Source: Paramoeba atlantica (Eukaryota; Protista; Discosea). Taken from it: DNA of 64,000 nt. Location: assembly GCA_977017575.1 (NCBI GenBank), contig CDRNVI010000060.1:62001-126000 (forward strand). The letters are read 5' to 3'. The notes beneath the pieces are model-generated. The model worked only from the letters and a program-made list of their open reading frames with translations, made no database searches and was not told the DNA's origin. A program made the position numbers and the translations under genes. Below are positions 1 through 12,633 of this stretch, one piece after another; positions within the stretch are counted from its first letter, which is position 1; each line of letters opens with the position of its first letter.

Positions 1-2467
1 GCAGCTTCAGAAACGATCGACAAACCTGACGCTAATGAAGTACAGAATACAACTTACCCGACCTGCGACCGGAACACCATAGAGACATACTTCGAGTCAA
101 GCTTTAAACCCAGTGAAGAACTCTTCCAACTGCCTCCTCCAGATGTACTCGGACCAGGAGCCGCCCAACCCATGCATTGGGACCCAATCACGCGAGACGA
201 TGTCACAGCAGCCATCAATATGAAACGGAACTCCAGCTCACCCGGTGCAGACACGATCACCAATCTGATTCTTAAGAAATGTCCATTCATGCATGATCAA
301 TTTGCTAAGGTATTCAATAATCTGATGACTTTCTCGACCTGCCCTCCATCATGGAAAACTGCAATCACTAGGCTGATACATACAAGAACGGTGATACAAT
401 GTAAGAACGGAGCACCGGAAAACCCCAAAAATTGGCGCCCCATTTCACTGACGAGCGCCCTTGGTAAAGCGTTCCACACAATCATATCGCATCGCCTGAC
501 CCAACATCTTATTCGACACAATGTGATTGACCCGAAAATACAGAAAGGGTTTCTTCCCGAAATCAATGGGACATTGGAGCACACCCAAACTCTATGCACC
601 CTCCTCCAGCACTACCAGCGACATAAACGACAGTACTGTCTTGCCCAATTGGACCTCACTAACGCCTTTGGTTCGATCCCGCATAACATTATACTAGCTT
701 CCCTAGGTTGGGCAGGCATACCCTGCAACGTTGTCGACTACATCAAAGACAGCCTCACTGATGCACATATACGAGTTAAATGTTACGAAGGTCTAACGCG
801 TCCCATACATGTAAAGAAGGGAGTCTTACAAGGCGATACACTCTCCACCACTATATTCTTAGTAGTCATGGAAATCGTATTACGATACGTTCGGTTCTCG
901 TGTCCAACCTTTGGCATGCGCCTTCCCAACGGCGATAACAACTTCTTGAAAGCGTATGCCGATGATTTAACCATTCTGACCGAAAGTAACCGTGACATGC
1001 AAACTTCGCTGAACGCACTAACCACGGTGTTCTCCAAAATCGGATTAAAAATCAACGTCACAAAAAGTCGAGTCCAATGTATGAGCACGCGGAAAGGCGA
1101 AGAGCACCCGGGGTACATGACGAGAAGACCTACAGTAACCACATACGGAGAAAAAATTCCACATATTTGTGACGCCGGAAGCTCATTTCTTGGTATGACC
1201 CTCGCCCCTGGATCTCAGCAGCTAAACGAACTTTTCAAGAAATTAAACTCAAAGCTGAAGGGATGGCTCGAAAACACGAGTGCCAGCGCCTATAATCTCT
1301 CGGCTAAGCTGTGGATCTACAGACACGCTATAATTTCCCGACTTCGGTTTCAGTTTACCATCCACCCCTGCATCTCTTTCAGCTCAGTTCTGCGGCTTCA
1401 GAAGCGAGTCACAGCACACATTCGACGATGGATTAACATGGCTCGTGCCGGTAGCACAGAAGTACTATACTCCTGCCGCGGCTGGAATCTCAAAAGTCTG
1501 ACACAACTCTGGTACGAGTGCACCGGAACGTCACTTACCCAAATGCATCAATCACGAGACCCGAACGTGCTCAAGGCATTGCGCTTCCGCATCCAGGAAG
1601 AGCAAAGGAAGCGTGCGAAAGGTCAAATCCGCCTAGCTGCACAAATAACCGATCATCTTAACGACCCACAGCGCGCACGACAAATACTCCGTGATGCCCA
1701 CGAAGAACAAATGATTACACGTCTACGACAACGTGCTCCTGTTGCTGCCCTCTGGTGGCAGTTTCCGTCAGACCCAGAAATGGCACAAGAATTTGCATCT
1801 GCCATCCATGGGATCCGAAACGAGAAACTCTCGCGATTCATGTCCTCCGTCATGACTCTAACCCCCCTGCCCTCCCGAGTATCCCTTGTACAATGGGGTC
1901 GCAACTATCACTCTGATACAAACAACAAGACACGTCCTTTCATCATGCAACACATCCTTACAACAAGGGAGGTACACACTCAGACACGACATGGTTCTCC
2001 GCGAGTTCGCACGACACGTACGCCAATCCCCTGCCACCGAAGCTTGCTACTTTGACCTCACGGGTGAACGGAACCCACTCCCGTGGTACACCAGTAGCGA
2101 CAGTTTACTGCGCCCGTATGGCTGGATCAAACTACGGAACGGGACCGAGTTCATCATTGAGCTAACTGTCCCGTGGGAGGAGAACTGTGAAAACGCACAC
2201 CGGCGGAAGTCAGAGAAGTATAACTCACTTCTCCACGAGCGCAGAATCGAGAACCCGAACTGCTATGCCCTAGCGTTCGAGATCGGCGCACGGGGACTTC
2301 CTAGCGGATCCTGTCGCTATCTTGACGCCGTGTTCCATGGGGAACGAAAACGAGCCAGATCATGCAGAGAAAGCATGAGTTTAATGGCTGGTCGGGCCAG
2401 CTATATTATTTGGGCTCGGAGGAACGAAGCTGAATGGACGGACGAGGAAAACCGCTCTGCTTGCTAA
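1..2467 (+). mobile_element. RLE-type non-LTR retrotransposon (HERO/NeSL/R2-like), inactive copy, cut by the window start
   Basis: Frame open from base 1 through RT motifs (NWRPISL, QKGF..GTLEH, GVLQGDTLS, KAYADD). Frameshift near 1915 into the RLE frame (LQQGRYTLRHD, IELTVPWEE, RKSEKY, FEIGARG). The first Cys pair of the CCHC knuckle is deleted and the catalytic PD reads PY. Confidence 0.93.
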
Positions 2468-3238
2468 ATAAAAAGGGTTATCCCGTTGTATGAGGGCCTT
2501 ACCCTGAAAACTCTCTGCTATTATGCAATAGTATGAACAAACAATTCGAGAGGCGGGATTGGATATCGAAGTACGCATGCATCGGAAGGCGATGGAAATC
2601 TCGCTTTTTCCCGGGAGCCCCATCTTACTAGAGAGCGGTAGATTTCTGAGTGCCTTATTTGATGACCCACAAGGCGCGCTCGATTAATACGATGTATTGT
2701 ATTGTAATGTAGCGCATTATGGTACAGAAGCCGATATCACCATGGATTACGTACATCACCATGGACGACGGCCACTGGCAAGCCAGACCAAAATCCTGAG
2801 AATCCAAGTCATTCGGGACTGCTGCGCATCGCCGATGGCAAGCCAGACCCTTCAGAGACAGATTTATAGGTTCCGAGGCATGACAGGTGACTAAAAAAGT
2901 GGAGATGGCGTTTTTCTTGTGGGAAACTGCCGCACCTACACTATTGGTATCTCCCTCGTCCACTTTATCCTGGGTTGTTGTATCACCGCAAATCAGGGAA
3001 ATGGATCTTGAATGATTGAGGCGCTCGGCACTGACAAGCACCAAGCCAGGCACCAAGTAAACCTCGATCTTGGCTGTCACGAAACGTCACGAAGCGTCAC
3101 GAAACGTCACGCGCTGACTGCACAGACTCCATTTATGAAATGAATGCGTACAGGAATTGTATTCACTAATCAATCGTAGAAAAGTACTTTGAATTTCTCA
3201 AAAACAAATTGGTTGGTGTATGATGATGGGCGGGTGCA

Positions 3239-3847
3239 CTAATGCTTGACTGTCCAAGGTAAATCTGCATACCCCTCGATCTTTGTACCCCCTGCGACCA
3301 AAGTTCTACGACCTCGGAGTGCAAAGGGTAAATAGCATACCTCCAAATCCCCCGTGAGATGCTCATTCTCGTCGAGGTGCAGCCATTGCATATTCGCTGG
3401 TAGCGTGTTTAACTTCACTGAACCGTGGAATTTATTGTTATTGAGAAACATGTCTCTTAAAGAAGAAGGCAGATTGGTGAAATCGGGAGTCCCTGAGAAA
3501 ACGTTCCGCCCGAGATTAAAATATCGAAGTCCGCCAGGGAGAAACTGCCAGCCCACCTCCCCAGTAAGCTTATTGTCCTCCACGCTGAATTCCACAAGTG
3601 ATTGAGGAAGGAACTCCCAGCGCAAAGTGCCCTGTAACTCACGATGTCCCCAATAAATACTACGGACCACGCTTTCGGGACCATCCGCTCTCCACGGACA
3701 CTTTACGCCATCCCATTTACAGACTTCCGTCTCCGAATTCCAACTGGGATGTGGATGGTGCACATGTTGAATGAATTGGGTCAGTTGGTATTCTTGGGGA
3801 AGCGCGACACCTCTGACCTTAGCGGGACGGGTCGTCGGGGTGTCCAT
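3239..3847 (-). CDS. Short leucine-rich repeat protein (202 aa)
   Basis: Family N-terminal motif RPAKVRGVALPQEY, cap W..C.W.GV.C, repeats N.(F/L)(S/T)G.(L/V)....LP..L. Confidence 0.88.
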   Translation of the reverse strand: MDTPTTRPAKVRGVALPQEYQLTQFIQHVHHPHPSWNSETEVCKWDGVKCPWRADGPESVVRSIYWGHRELQGTLRWEFLPQSLVEFSVEDNKLTGEVGWQFLPGGLRYFNLGRNVFSGTPDFTNLPSSLRDMFLNNNKFHGSVKLNTLPANMQWLHLDENEHLTGDLEVCYLPFALRGRRTLVAGGTKIEGYADLPWTVKH

Positions 3848-4399
3848 TTAGGAAAACGTAAAATTTCGTATACGAGTAATAATTTACAAATACGCGCTGT
3901 AGTTCAAAAGAAAAACAGTTCACATTGTTTTTCACTTGCACATGATCATACTTTATGGTAAAGCCGATTGAGCGGGAAGCTCTATGACGGAGATCTATGA
4001 CCGATTGAAAGACGTTAATTTTTGAAAGACGTGAATGTCTCAAAGAATGCATTGAATATGTAGATTGTAGTACTAAAAAACCGCAAAAAGGGGCCAAAAA
4101 GACTGAAAACGTGTGAAACAGGTGTGAAGAGCTTGCGAAGGCTGAAAGTTGAAATACAAAAAATATAAAATTTATTGTAGTGCTAATTAAATAGATGTAG
4201 TACTAATTAGTTTTACAATTTCTCAGTCTACTAATACGTGTAGTTTATCAATATGTGGTTTGTACAATACAAGGTAGACGTTAAAATGAATTTATCCAGC
4301 ACTCATTATTGCTGTATTTCTATTTTATTTGATGAGTTGCTGGACGACAAACACTTGAGCATGTCCTTGAAAGATTTTAGCGGGGTTTCGCGAGGTTTC

Positions 4400-4413
4400 A
4401 CCCGCAGCCCCTC
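4400..4413 (+). repeat. Right end ACCCGCAGCCCCTC of an unassigned TE family, with short subterminal repeats
   Basis: The same 14-mer is at 14567, 17563 and 23381, inverted at 23327 and (1 mismatch) 5638, and degenerate at 11530. Confidence 0.75.
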
Positions 4414-5815
4414 ATGTATACTGTAGTACCCATACATATTTTACTATGTCCATACATATTGTATTTATGTATACCAAAACTGTTGCTTAAGGATGTTCAT
4501 AAACTGATTGCTTAAGTACAACACTATACGTCTGCAACTACTGTATCCCCGCTGTTTATAATAGCCTCGACCCCCCCTTTTTTTTCTTTTTTGGCAAACC
4601 GAGGAAGATTTCTTTTAATTTTCTTGCACCGTCTTAAATATTATGATATTATTTTCACATTGTTCTTCGAGGGCTATCACACATTCTTCGAGGGGTCGCG
4701 CTGGAGATTTTACTTTGGCAGAGCGCCGGTGCCCACTTAGCGATTGGATATTCCTGGTTCCTCTCTCCCAAATGTAGATCGATTTCTGTGCCAACTTTTA
4801 ATCGCCCTCCCCCATTTATAGGTTCATTTGGGCAAAAGCGAGGCTATTGTAAACGGGGGGTACAGTAAGCATACTATGATATAACTACTCGGATATACTA
4901 CACTGTACTTCAATGCGTACGGTATCTGACCACATGGAAGCAAACAACAAAAGTGTGTCAAACATGTGAACAGTTTTTCGCCTATTGTACAATATACGGA
5001 AAAATGTAAATTGTTCGCACGCACAAGTGTTTAAACAATTACAAAGTTTACCATTTTAAAAGGGACAAGAAAGTACACGTTGTTTCCTTGAAATCAGTTA
5101 TTGGTAGCCGATGGACTCAATGATACGTCATATGTGTAATACATTAGACTCGTCTTCTTAGTTTGTCCAATTCATCATAAAGATTGACGTTTCATAACTG
5201 TATGCCATAAAGGTTTTATTGTTACCCCTCACTTTATACAACTTCGGCCTTATAGAATATAATACAAGTGCGGCCTTATACATGTACGTCCTTCCGCTGG
5301 TTTCAGGAGTTTTGGAAGTAAAGGGTTATAAAGGAGGTAAGCTGACATTTCAAAAAATACAATAAGATGTTTCGGAGGAAGTATACCTAAATTGAGCAAT
5401 AGAATAACAAATTTCTTTTTTAATTCCAAAAAATATTCCGAAGCATATTTTCTTATGTCCCTAGATATGAAATTCCTGAACATTCGAAAGATTATCCTGA
5501 ATGGCACCCACCCTAGTTCTTTTAATATTCACTGGCCAGCTAGGCATCAACACTCGAGTTGTACTGACGTACCGCGCCACGTTTATCGCTTTCCAATGTC
5601 ACCTTACGGTAAAATAGCGATCCAAGTTTTATTTCCAGTGGGGCTGCGGGTATGATTTCGCGTGATCTCGCTTTGACGTCATCCAACCACCCTCCCGAGC
5701 CGGATCCGCTCCAGACAGAGATCTCGCGTGATCACGCATGATCTCGTCCTGGGCCTCGCCCGCATCCCCTCTCCAGTGGAAATTCTAACCGCTTCTTCCC
5801 TGGTGGCAATTCGCG

Positions 5816-6046
5816 CTAAGTATCATCCTTGTAGAACTTAGAAAAATCACACAAATGGTTAAAAACGTGTTCGTCGCCCGCAATAGCACCCCAGATCATT
5901 ACTTTCGTTGGGTGATGCGTCCTTGATTTACAAACAATGTCAGTCCCTCTTATCACACATTTACAGCGTTTCATAACTGCCCTGTAGAAAACGCAGTCGT
6001 TCGATAAGCCTTCGTAGAGTACGTTCAACATTTCTAGTCTTCGCAC
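5816..6046 (-). pseudogene. Tc1/mariner transposase fragment
   Basis: HHPTKVMIWGAIAG matches the K.P..VMVWG.I motif of Tc1-type DDE transposases. Confidence 0.65.
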
Positions 6047-6245
6047 GTCATTCGCGGTTCCCTCCGGTTGAATTTGTTCTTCATTGTGGTTTGGTTGTAC
6101 AACTTGAGTGCTCGGATCGATCTAGTGTGGAATTTCTGCTTGTCGATTTTTCAATCAATTCTTCAACCTATACAGATCGTAATTTTGTTGGCGCGAATTT
6201 TTCTCATAGGGGATAGAGCTTTCGTCTTCCCTATTGTACTGTTAC

Positions 6246-6310
6246 AGTTTGGGACCTATACTAGCTTTCTAAGTCGTTGTTTTCACAAGATAGTCCTTCT
6301 TGTAGCCGTA
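6246..6310 (+). repeat. Dispersed non-coding repeat (about 65 bp core, at least 4 copies)
   Basis: AGTTTGGGACCTATACTAGCTTTCTA..GTTGTTTTCACAAGATA recurs near 23447 and 52617 and partly at 17680. Confidence 0.75.
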
Positions 6311-6798
6311 GTAAACCTCCTAAAAAGACCCATCTTTGGCCTCAAAAAAGTAAGTTTCGGACCCAAATGAGTGTTTTTATGTCGGAAGAACGGTGTGGTT
6401 GGAGTCGCATTCTCTATCCATGTAGAGAAGCTGTACATTCTGTAGGCTTTCATTCCTGCCTACTCGTGCTTTTAAATGCGCAAACGTCGGATTCTGTTCT
6501 CTGAGAGCAAACTCTCCTTCATTTTTATCTAAAAATCGGATATTTTTCGCACAAATACTTCCGGGTTCTTTCTTTTTCCTAGCCAAATGTCTCGCGTTTA
6601 GTCTCTTCGTTAAATGCAGAAATAGGTTTCAACGCGAGGAGCGCAAAAGTCTTAAGCGACTTTTAAGTTTAAAACAACCGCACGTATAAAGGGCTTAAGT
6701 CACTGAAGTCAAGTAACATAAATTGATCCCATATGATATTTGTACATTCGGGGTAAAGCACATGACAGTACTTGCCTGAAAACAGAAAGCCAAAAAAA

Positions 6799-7536
6799 TT
6801 ACTCTACAACAATTTTCGTATTCTGAATCTTTGCGAACTGTGTCATACTGATGTTTATTGTACCACAAAGTTCCTTATTGCTATTTAACCATAGTTCACG
6901 TAGGCTCTGCGGCAATGAATCCAAAATTACCGCTCCGCGAAACCGATTTTGCTCAAGAAACAAAGATTCCATCTTAAACGGAAGATGTTCCAAATCCAAC
7001 GTTCCTTCAAATTGGTTTCCGTTTAAGGCCATCGATCGTAAATTCCTCGGGAGTTGAGTGAGGCAAATATTACCCGAAAACTGATTCTGTATCAAGTACA
7101 ATTCTTCCATTTCATTCGGCAGCTTCATCAGATCTGCCTCACCTAAAAAGCGGTTCCGCGAAAGATTTAGTCGACGAATCGCTTCCGGCAAATGAGTAAG
7201 ATCTACGGTTTCTGTGAGTTTGTTATCTGCAATGTCAACGCTTCTGGTCGAGAGCGGCAGATAAGACAGCTGAAGTTGACCACACAACTTTAAAGACGAC
7301 CAGTACATTTTTTCGACTTCTTTCTCTCCATTGCATCTCACCTGACGCCACTTGCAAGCGGGTTGCGCCGTACTCCAGGTGGGGTCTTGATTTTCTACAT
7401 ATTGTATAAGTCGCGCAAGTTCATATTCTTGTGGCAAGGAAACCCCTCGTACTTTGGAAGGTCGCGTACTCACAGAATTCGTTCGTTGTGTATCGGAAAA
7501 CTCCGCGATGAACATAAGATTGGTGTATTCAATCAA
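6799..7536 (-). CDS. Short LRR protein (245 aa)
   Basis: RPSKVRGVSLPQEY motif, LRRNT-like cap, about 6 LRRs. Confidence 0.9.
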   Translation of the reverse strand: MIEYTNLMFIAEFSDTQRTNSVSTRPSKVRGVSLPQEYELARLIQYVENQDPTWSTAQPACKWRQVRCNGEKEVEKMYWSSLKLCGQLQLSYLPLSTRSVDIADNKLTETVDLTHLPEAIRRLNLSRNRFLGEADLMKLPNEMEELYLIQNQFSGNICLTQLPRNLRSMALNGNQFEGTLDLEHLPFKMESLFLEQNRFRGAVILDSLPQSLRELWLNSNKELCGTINISMTQFAKIQNTKIVVE

Positions 7537-7679
7537 CTACAAAATTCGAATAAATCTTGTTTAGGTTAAAAAGGGGGGTACATTTTTTTACAGCATGCTG
7601 TGTGTGTATACTGTGTGTGTGTGGGAAGTACGGGCAAATATGGGCGATTCCCATGTCATAAAAATTCCTTTTCCACTAC

Positions 7680-8531
7680 CTACATTCTCACATACTTTGG
7701 AACAATCGAAGACTTCCCTTCCAAAACGCATGCATTTCCACTGAAGTACAAGGCCATTAGTGTGGGAGGTAATGTATCAAACGAGACTTTGCCCGTAAAG
7801 GCGTTATGCGCCAGATCGAGTGTATGCAATGAAGGTGGAAGACTGCGGAAATCCAACGCACCATTGAGTTTATTGTTAGACAAGCGCAACTTTTGAAGTC
7901 TCTTCGGGAGGTAGGCCAAGTCAACATGACCAGAAAAATGATTTGCATCAAGAAAAAGCAGGACGAGTGTCTCGGGCAACTTCGTCAAGTCCAGATTCCC
8001 TGAGAAATCATTGTACGACAAAGAAAGCATTTTTAGTAACGGAGGAAGCAACGTCAAATCAAGCACCCCGGAAAACTTCGTGCCCGATGACCAAATCTCC
8101 ACTAATGCATGAGGCAGAGATATGGTGTCAAATGGTCCGAAGAATATGTTATTTTGAATATATAAGTGAGATAATTTGGGAGGAAATAAATGAACGGGAA
8201 CAGTACCACCAAGGCCATTCTGAGAGACACAAAGAGTACACACGGTGTGCGGCAGACTGCCCCAAGTGAGGTTTCCTTTCAATCCTCTAGATTTCCAACT
8301 GATGCTTGTGACTTCATCGGCGGAATTACAAGTGACACCGGCCCACGTACATGCCTGCGTTTCATTCTTCATATTGATCATCGATTGTGGCTCGAGTCTT
8401 GCGATCAATTGCGCCATTTGGATATCTTGTGAGAGTACGGCCCCTCGCACCTTGCCGAGCCGTGTTCGCGTGTGGGTTGAATCCGCCGTTGCAAGTCTCA
8501 AACAGATGAGGCATTTTAGATAGAAAGTCAT
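7680..8531 (-). CDS. LRR protein (283 aa), copy A of a recent duplication
   Basis: RLGKVRGAVLSQD motif plus LRRs; near-identical to 11782-12633. Confidence 0.92.
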   Translation of the reverse strand: MTFYLKCLICLRLATADSTHTRTRLGKVRGAVLSQDIQMAQLIARLEPQSMINMKNETQACTWAGVTCNSADEVTSISWKSRGLKGNLTWGSLPHTVCTLCVSQNGLGGTVPVHLFPPKLSHLYIQNNIFFGPFDTISLPHALVEIWSSGTKFSGVLDLTLLPPLLKMLSLSYNDFSGNLDLTKLPETLVLLFLDANHFSGHVDLAYLPKRLQKLRLSNNKLNGALDFRSLPPSLHTLDLAHNAFTGKVSFDTLPPTLMALYFSGNACVLEGKSSIVPKYVRM

Positions 8532-8762
8532 GTAGAGGAATATACAAGAAAAATAATCATTTTACGTAAAGGAAGGTTTTGTTTATCGTTAACAATTGTT
8601 TCGAGCTATCAACAATTGTTTTGCTAAGAATAATCGAAGGTTAACAATAATCGAACTTTTACCCCGCAATAGCAACATTGTACGAGGTACAACGAAAGTT
8701 CGAATACTGTTAACAATGGGAGGTATGTGGGTATCATTTGGCGCAATCTTGGAACTGCCCCA

Positions 8763-8957
8763 TCCTATTCCAAGGCGCCGCTCTCCTTTAACCCTGCTGA
8801 ACGGGTCCAATGCCCCGGGCCACACTACGTGGAAATCGGGATGGAAGGAAATGGTTGTTCAGTTTCACATTTTTGTTTTCGCTTCAAAAACGTGGCGGGG
8901 GGGGTGTATGTCGCTTTGTACCAGAGGGTTAAAGGAGAGCGGCGCCTTGGAATAGGA
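8763..8957. repeat. Small foldback/MITE-like element with perfect 33-bp inverted repeats
   Basis: 8763-8795 TCCTATTCCAAGGCGCCGCTCTCCTTTAACCCT is the exact reverse complement of 8925-8957. Confidence 0.85.
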
Positions 8958-9273
8958 AGTATAGCTTGACCCAGTCCTGCCCGGACACTCACGCATACTT
9001 CCTGATACAGGCGAAGTTCGGACGATAACCAGCTTTGTGCAAATGTAAAAATATATAATCTTCATTCTATTTCCTTCTTTTCAAATTGGCCTCCCAGTCC
9101 GCTTGGGGAGCTAGCTCGTCTACAAGACATACAGTACGGTACATCTTACTACTTTAGGCTTCTGTTAAAAGTGAAAGTTAGTAAAGATTAAACTTACAGA
9201 AACCTTAACCAGATTGTTCAATACGAGTCAGAGTACTAGTATTGCTATTATTACTTAACACAGTTATTGCCTT

Positions 9274-10490
9274 ATGGTGGATGTATTTCCAGATCTCGTT
9301 CCAGGGAACGAAGCAGTCTCAACGCGAAAGGCCTCCTTTGAAGATCTATGCGCCATGAAACGGTTAGGTGTGACCTTACGTCGCGAACTACTCCAGGTAC
9401 TCCCCGGAGCCATCACGCACGTAAAAGCTTTTACCGCCATCAACCCTATCTTCGAGCGGGCTGCATCCCGCGCGGCCAGCGGGGATACGGTGCGTGGAGC
9501 ACAGACCGTACGGCGGGCCCTGTCGGCTGTAAAGCAAGGGGACCTTAGTTCTCGCGATGTCACCAGTCATGTGCTCACCGCACTAAATGATGAACTGTGC
9601 GGACATGGGGAATCTTTACTCACAGAGAATGATCCCCGCGAGAAGCATCCTGTGGAGACCGTCCCAAAAGATAGCAATTGCTCCCAGCATGTAAGCATGC
9701 AAGAAGCATTCAAGTCACTCGTGGGGACGAGAACAGATCCGCGTTGCGGCACAGAACGGTATCTTTGTCTCAACCCGTCTGAATTCAGTTCGGAACCGTG
9801 GCTAATCTAAGGCGTGAAAAACAAGGTTCGCACAGCAGCTGGAACAGACCCGTCGGCCGCGTATTACGCGAAGCTGAGGAAGGGCCCGGCCAAAAGATAC
9901 CCGAAACAGAGAGTGAAGGTATCCGCCATGGAGTCTGGACGTTGCTTTGCAAGCTCGGTGCCATCGTACTGACCCATCGTCTGCTTTGCGATGGGGCGAC
10001 GGTGTCCACAGAATCCTTGGAGCGCGTCATGATGGGTGACACAGGAGACCAGGCTAACAAATTGATTGTTAGCTATTTGGCTGGTCAATCCCGTGAAGTG
10101 CAACGCCTAAATGCGTTTCGGAAAGGGGCACAGCGGGGGAGTGTATTAATTGAGGAGCCCCCCAAGAAGCGCTATCATGGTCAAGCGTTCCCACGTGACG
10201 CGAGAGACGACCAAGTGGGGCGGCAGACAAAAACCTGGTTGTATCCTGATGCGCCAAGCGGGACGTGTCGTCATTGTGGGAAGCTTGGGCACAATGCACG
10301 AGATTGTAAATTCTCGGACGACGACGTCCGAAGGCAACAAAAAGGAAGTTCGCTGTGGAACGCGAAAACAGAGCACTCAACTCGTCATTTGAGGGGCTCC
10401 AGGTCGTGGCACACAAGACCGCGCGAGACCGCGCTGAGACCGCTCGAGACCGCGGTTTGCTTTAGGCTTGGAGAGACAAGAAAATGCTAG
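9274..10490 (+). pseudogene. Gag-like ORF(s) with a CCHC zinc knuckle, broken into two frames
   Basis: CRHCGKLGHNARDC = CX2CX4HX4C in ORF 9798-10490; upstream ORF 9274-9810 overlaps in another frame; no pol follows. Confidence 0.55.
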
Positions 10491-10639
10491 TTTTTGGATA
10501 GAGAGTAGAGCACAATTTGAACGATGTGTATGGAGTACTCATATTGTAGGCCTTGACGTAGATAGAAGTAAGACTATTTTTGAACATCTTTAGTTTGTTA
10601 TTTTGCATTCCGTATCCTTCTGTCTTGTCAATGACTGGA

Positions 10640-11543
10640 ATTGAGAGTAATGTTGACCTAAAAGCTCGAATTGCGTACCCCTCGGAGGTTGAAAGTGAAA
10701 AGGCGATTTATGAGATTGTTTTAGCTTCAACCAAGAGGGTTTTCACGAAATTGTTAACGTATTTACCCCTCCGAAGCTGATTATCACAGAAGAAGAGCTA
10801 GGAGCAAAAGTCGAAGGAATCCTGGAACGCATTCACGGCACCATGGATAGTTTTCCTCACGGGGGCCGTTCCGTTAGCGGCATAGACATTACGCTACAGA
10901 TGCTGGAGCGTGCCGTTCTTCACATCGTAGATCGCCGCGGGCATCTGCTTATGGATGTTCGGTCGCGCACCGTCTACTTTGTTGGATAAGCTGCCCAGGA
11001 TCTCCTAAGCTTCCTGGAATTCAGCCCAATGTATGCACCTGGATCGTCGCCGGCTCGAACGAGGTGCGGATGAAGCATCTCAGAAGCCAGCATCTCAGAC
11101 CCCAGAAGCTTGTCCGCGGCTGCAGATCAGGAGAAGAATGTCTCCACGCCGTCCTATTATACGGCGAAAGAAATTAGAACATCAGACCATATAGTCTCGT
11201 TCCCGCGGCTGAACGAATAAGGTCGCGTTGAGGAAAAGTTGAAGGAGAAAGAGAGAAGATAAGATTTTAAGTTCTGCTTATTATTCGTGATGATTTTAAG
11301 TCTGTCAAAGCGGATGTTTATTGTTGACCTAAAATACCATTTTACCTAATCTGCAAGTCGTGTTTTTACCCTCCGCAGGATATGAGGATAGCCCATCAAT
11401 ATGTAGAAATAAATTAATAATACAGACGTATACTATAAACGAAAAATATTTGACAATCTCTAAAATATCATTATACCCTTTTACAACTATGAGACCTGGC
11501 GAGAACGCGCCGAGACCGCGGTTAACGTCACCCACAGACCCTC
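10640..11543 (+). mobile_element. Unassigned TE copy carrying degraded 'ORF-X' and ending in a degenerate ACCCGCAGCCCCTC end
   Basis: Translation EKAIYEIVLASTKR..TEEELGAK..DSFPHGGR..LERAVLHIVDRRGHLLMDVRSR matches 13545-14241; GAGACCGC repeats and ACCCACAGACCCTC at 11494-11543. Confidence 0.65.
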
Positions 11544-11781
11544 ATTTATAACGCCCGTGTAATAGGAATATCATGTGAGCAATTCGTTCGTTGTGCATAG
11601 GAAAACTCCGCGATGAACATAAGATTGATGTATTCAATCAAATACAAAATTCGAATAAATCTTGTTTAGGTTAAAAAGGGGGGTACAATTTTTACAGCAT
11701 GGTGTGTGTGTATACTGTGTGTGTGGGAAGTACGGGCAAATATGGGCGATTCCCATGTCATAAAAATTCCTTTTCCACTAC

Positions 11782-12633
11782 CTACATTCTCACATACTTT
11801 GGAACAATCGAAGACTTCCCTTCTAAAACGCATGCATTTCCACTGAAGTACAAGGCCACTATTGTGGGAGGTAATGCATCAAACGAGACTTTGCCCGTAA
11901 AGGCGTTATGCGCCAGATCGAGTGTATGCAATGAAGGTGGAAGACTGCGGAAATCCAACGCACCATTGAGTTTATTGTTAGACAAGCGCAACTTTTGAAG
12001 TCTCTTCGGGAGGTAGGCCAAGTCAACATGACCAGAAAAATGATTTGCATCAAGAAAAAGCAGGACGAGTGTCTCGGGCAACTTCGTCAAGTCCAGATTC
12101 CCTGAGAAACCGTTGTACGACAAAGAAAGCATTTTTAGTAACGGAGGAAGCAACGTCAAATCAAGCACCCCGGAAAACTTCGTGCCCGATGACCAAATCT
12201 CCACTAATGCATGAGGCAGAGATGTGGTGTCAAATGGTCCGAAGAATATGTTATTTTGAATATATAAGTGAGATAATTTGGGAGGAAATAAATGAACGGG
12301 AACAGTACCACCAAGGCCATTCTGAGAGACACAAAGAGTACACACGGTGTGCGGCAGACTGCCCCAAGTGAGGTTTCCTTTCAATCCTTTATATTTCCAA
12401 TTGATGCTTGTGACTTCATCGGCGGAATTACAAGTGACACCGGCCCACGTACATGCCTGCGTTTCATTCTTCATATTGATCATCGATTGTGGCTCGAGTC
12501 TTGCGACCAATTGCGCCATTTGGATATCTTGTGAGAGTACGGCCCCTCGCACCTTGCCGAGCCGTGTTCGCGTGTGGGTTGAATCCGCCGTTGCAAGTCT
12601 CAAACAGATGAGGAATTTTAGATAGAAAGTCAT
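11782..12633 (-). CDS. LRR protein (283 aa), copy B of a recent duplication
   Basis: Lies within segment 11581-12833, which duplicates 7476-8731; 10 aa differences from copy A. Confidence 0.92.
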   Translation of the reverse strand: MTFYLKFLICLRLATADSTHTRTRLGKVRGAVLSQDIQMAQLVARLEPQSMINMKNETQACTWAGVTCNSADEVTSINWKYKGLKGNLTWGSLPHTVCTLCVSQNGLGGTVPVHLFPPKLSHLYIQNNIFFGPFDTTSLPHALVEIWSSGTKFSGVLDLTLLPPLLKMLSLSYNGFSGNLDLTKLPETLVLLFLDANHFSGHVDLAYLPKRLQKLRLSNNKLNGALDFRSLPPSLHTLDLAHNAFTGKVSFDALPPTIVALYFSGNACVLEGKSSIVPKYVRM

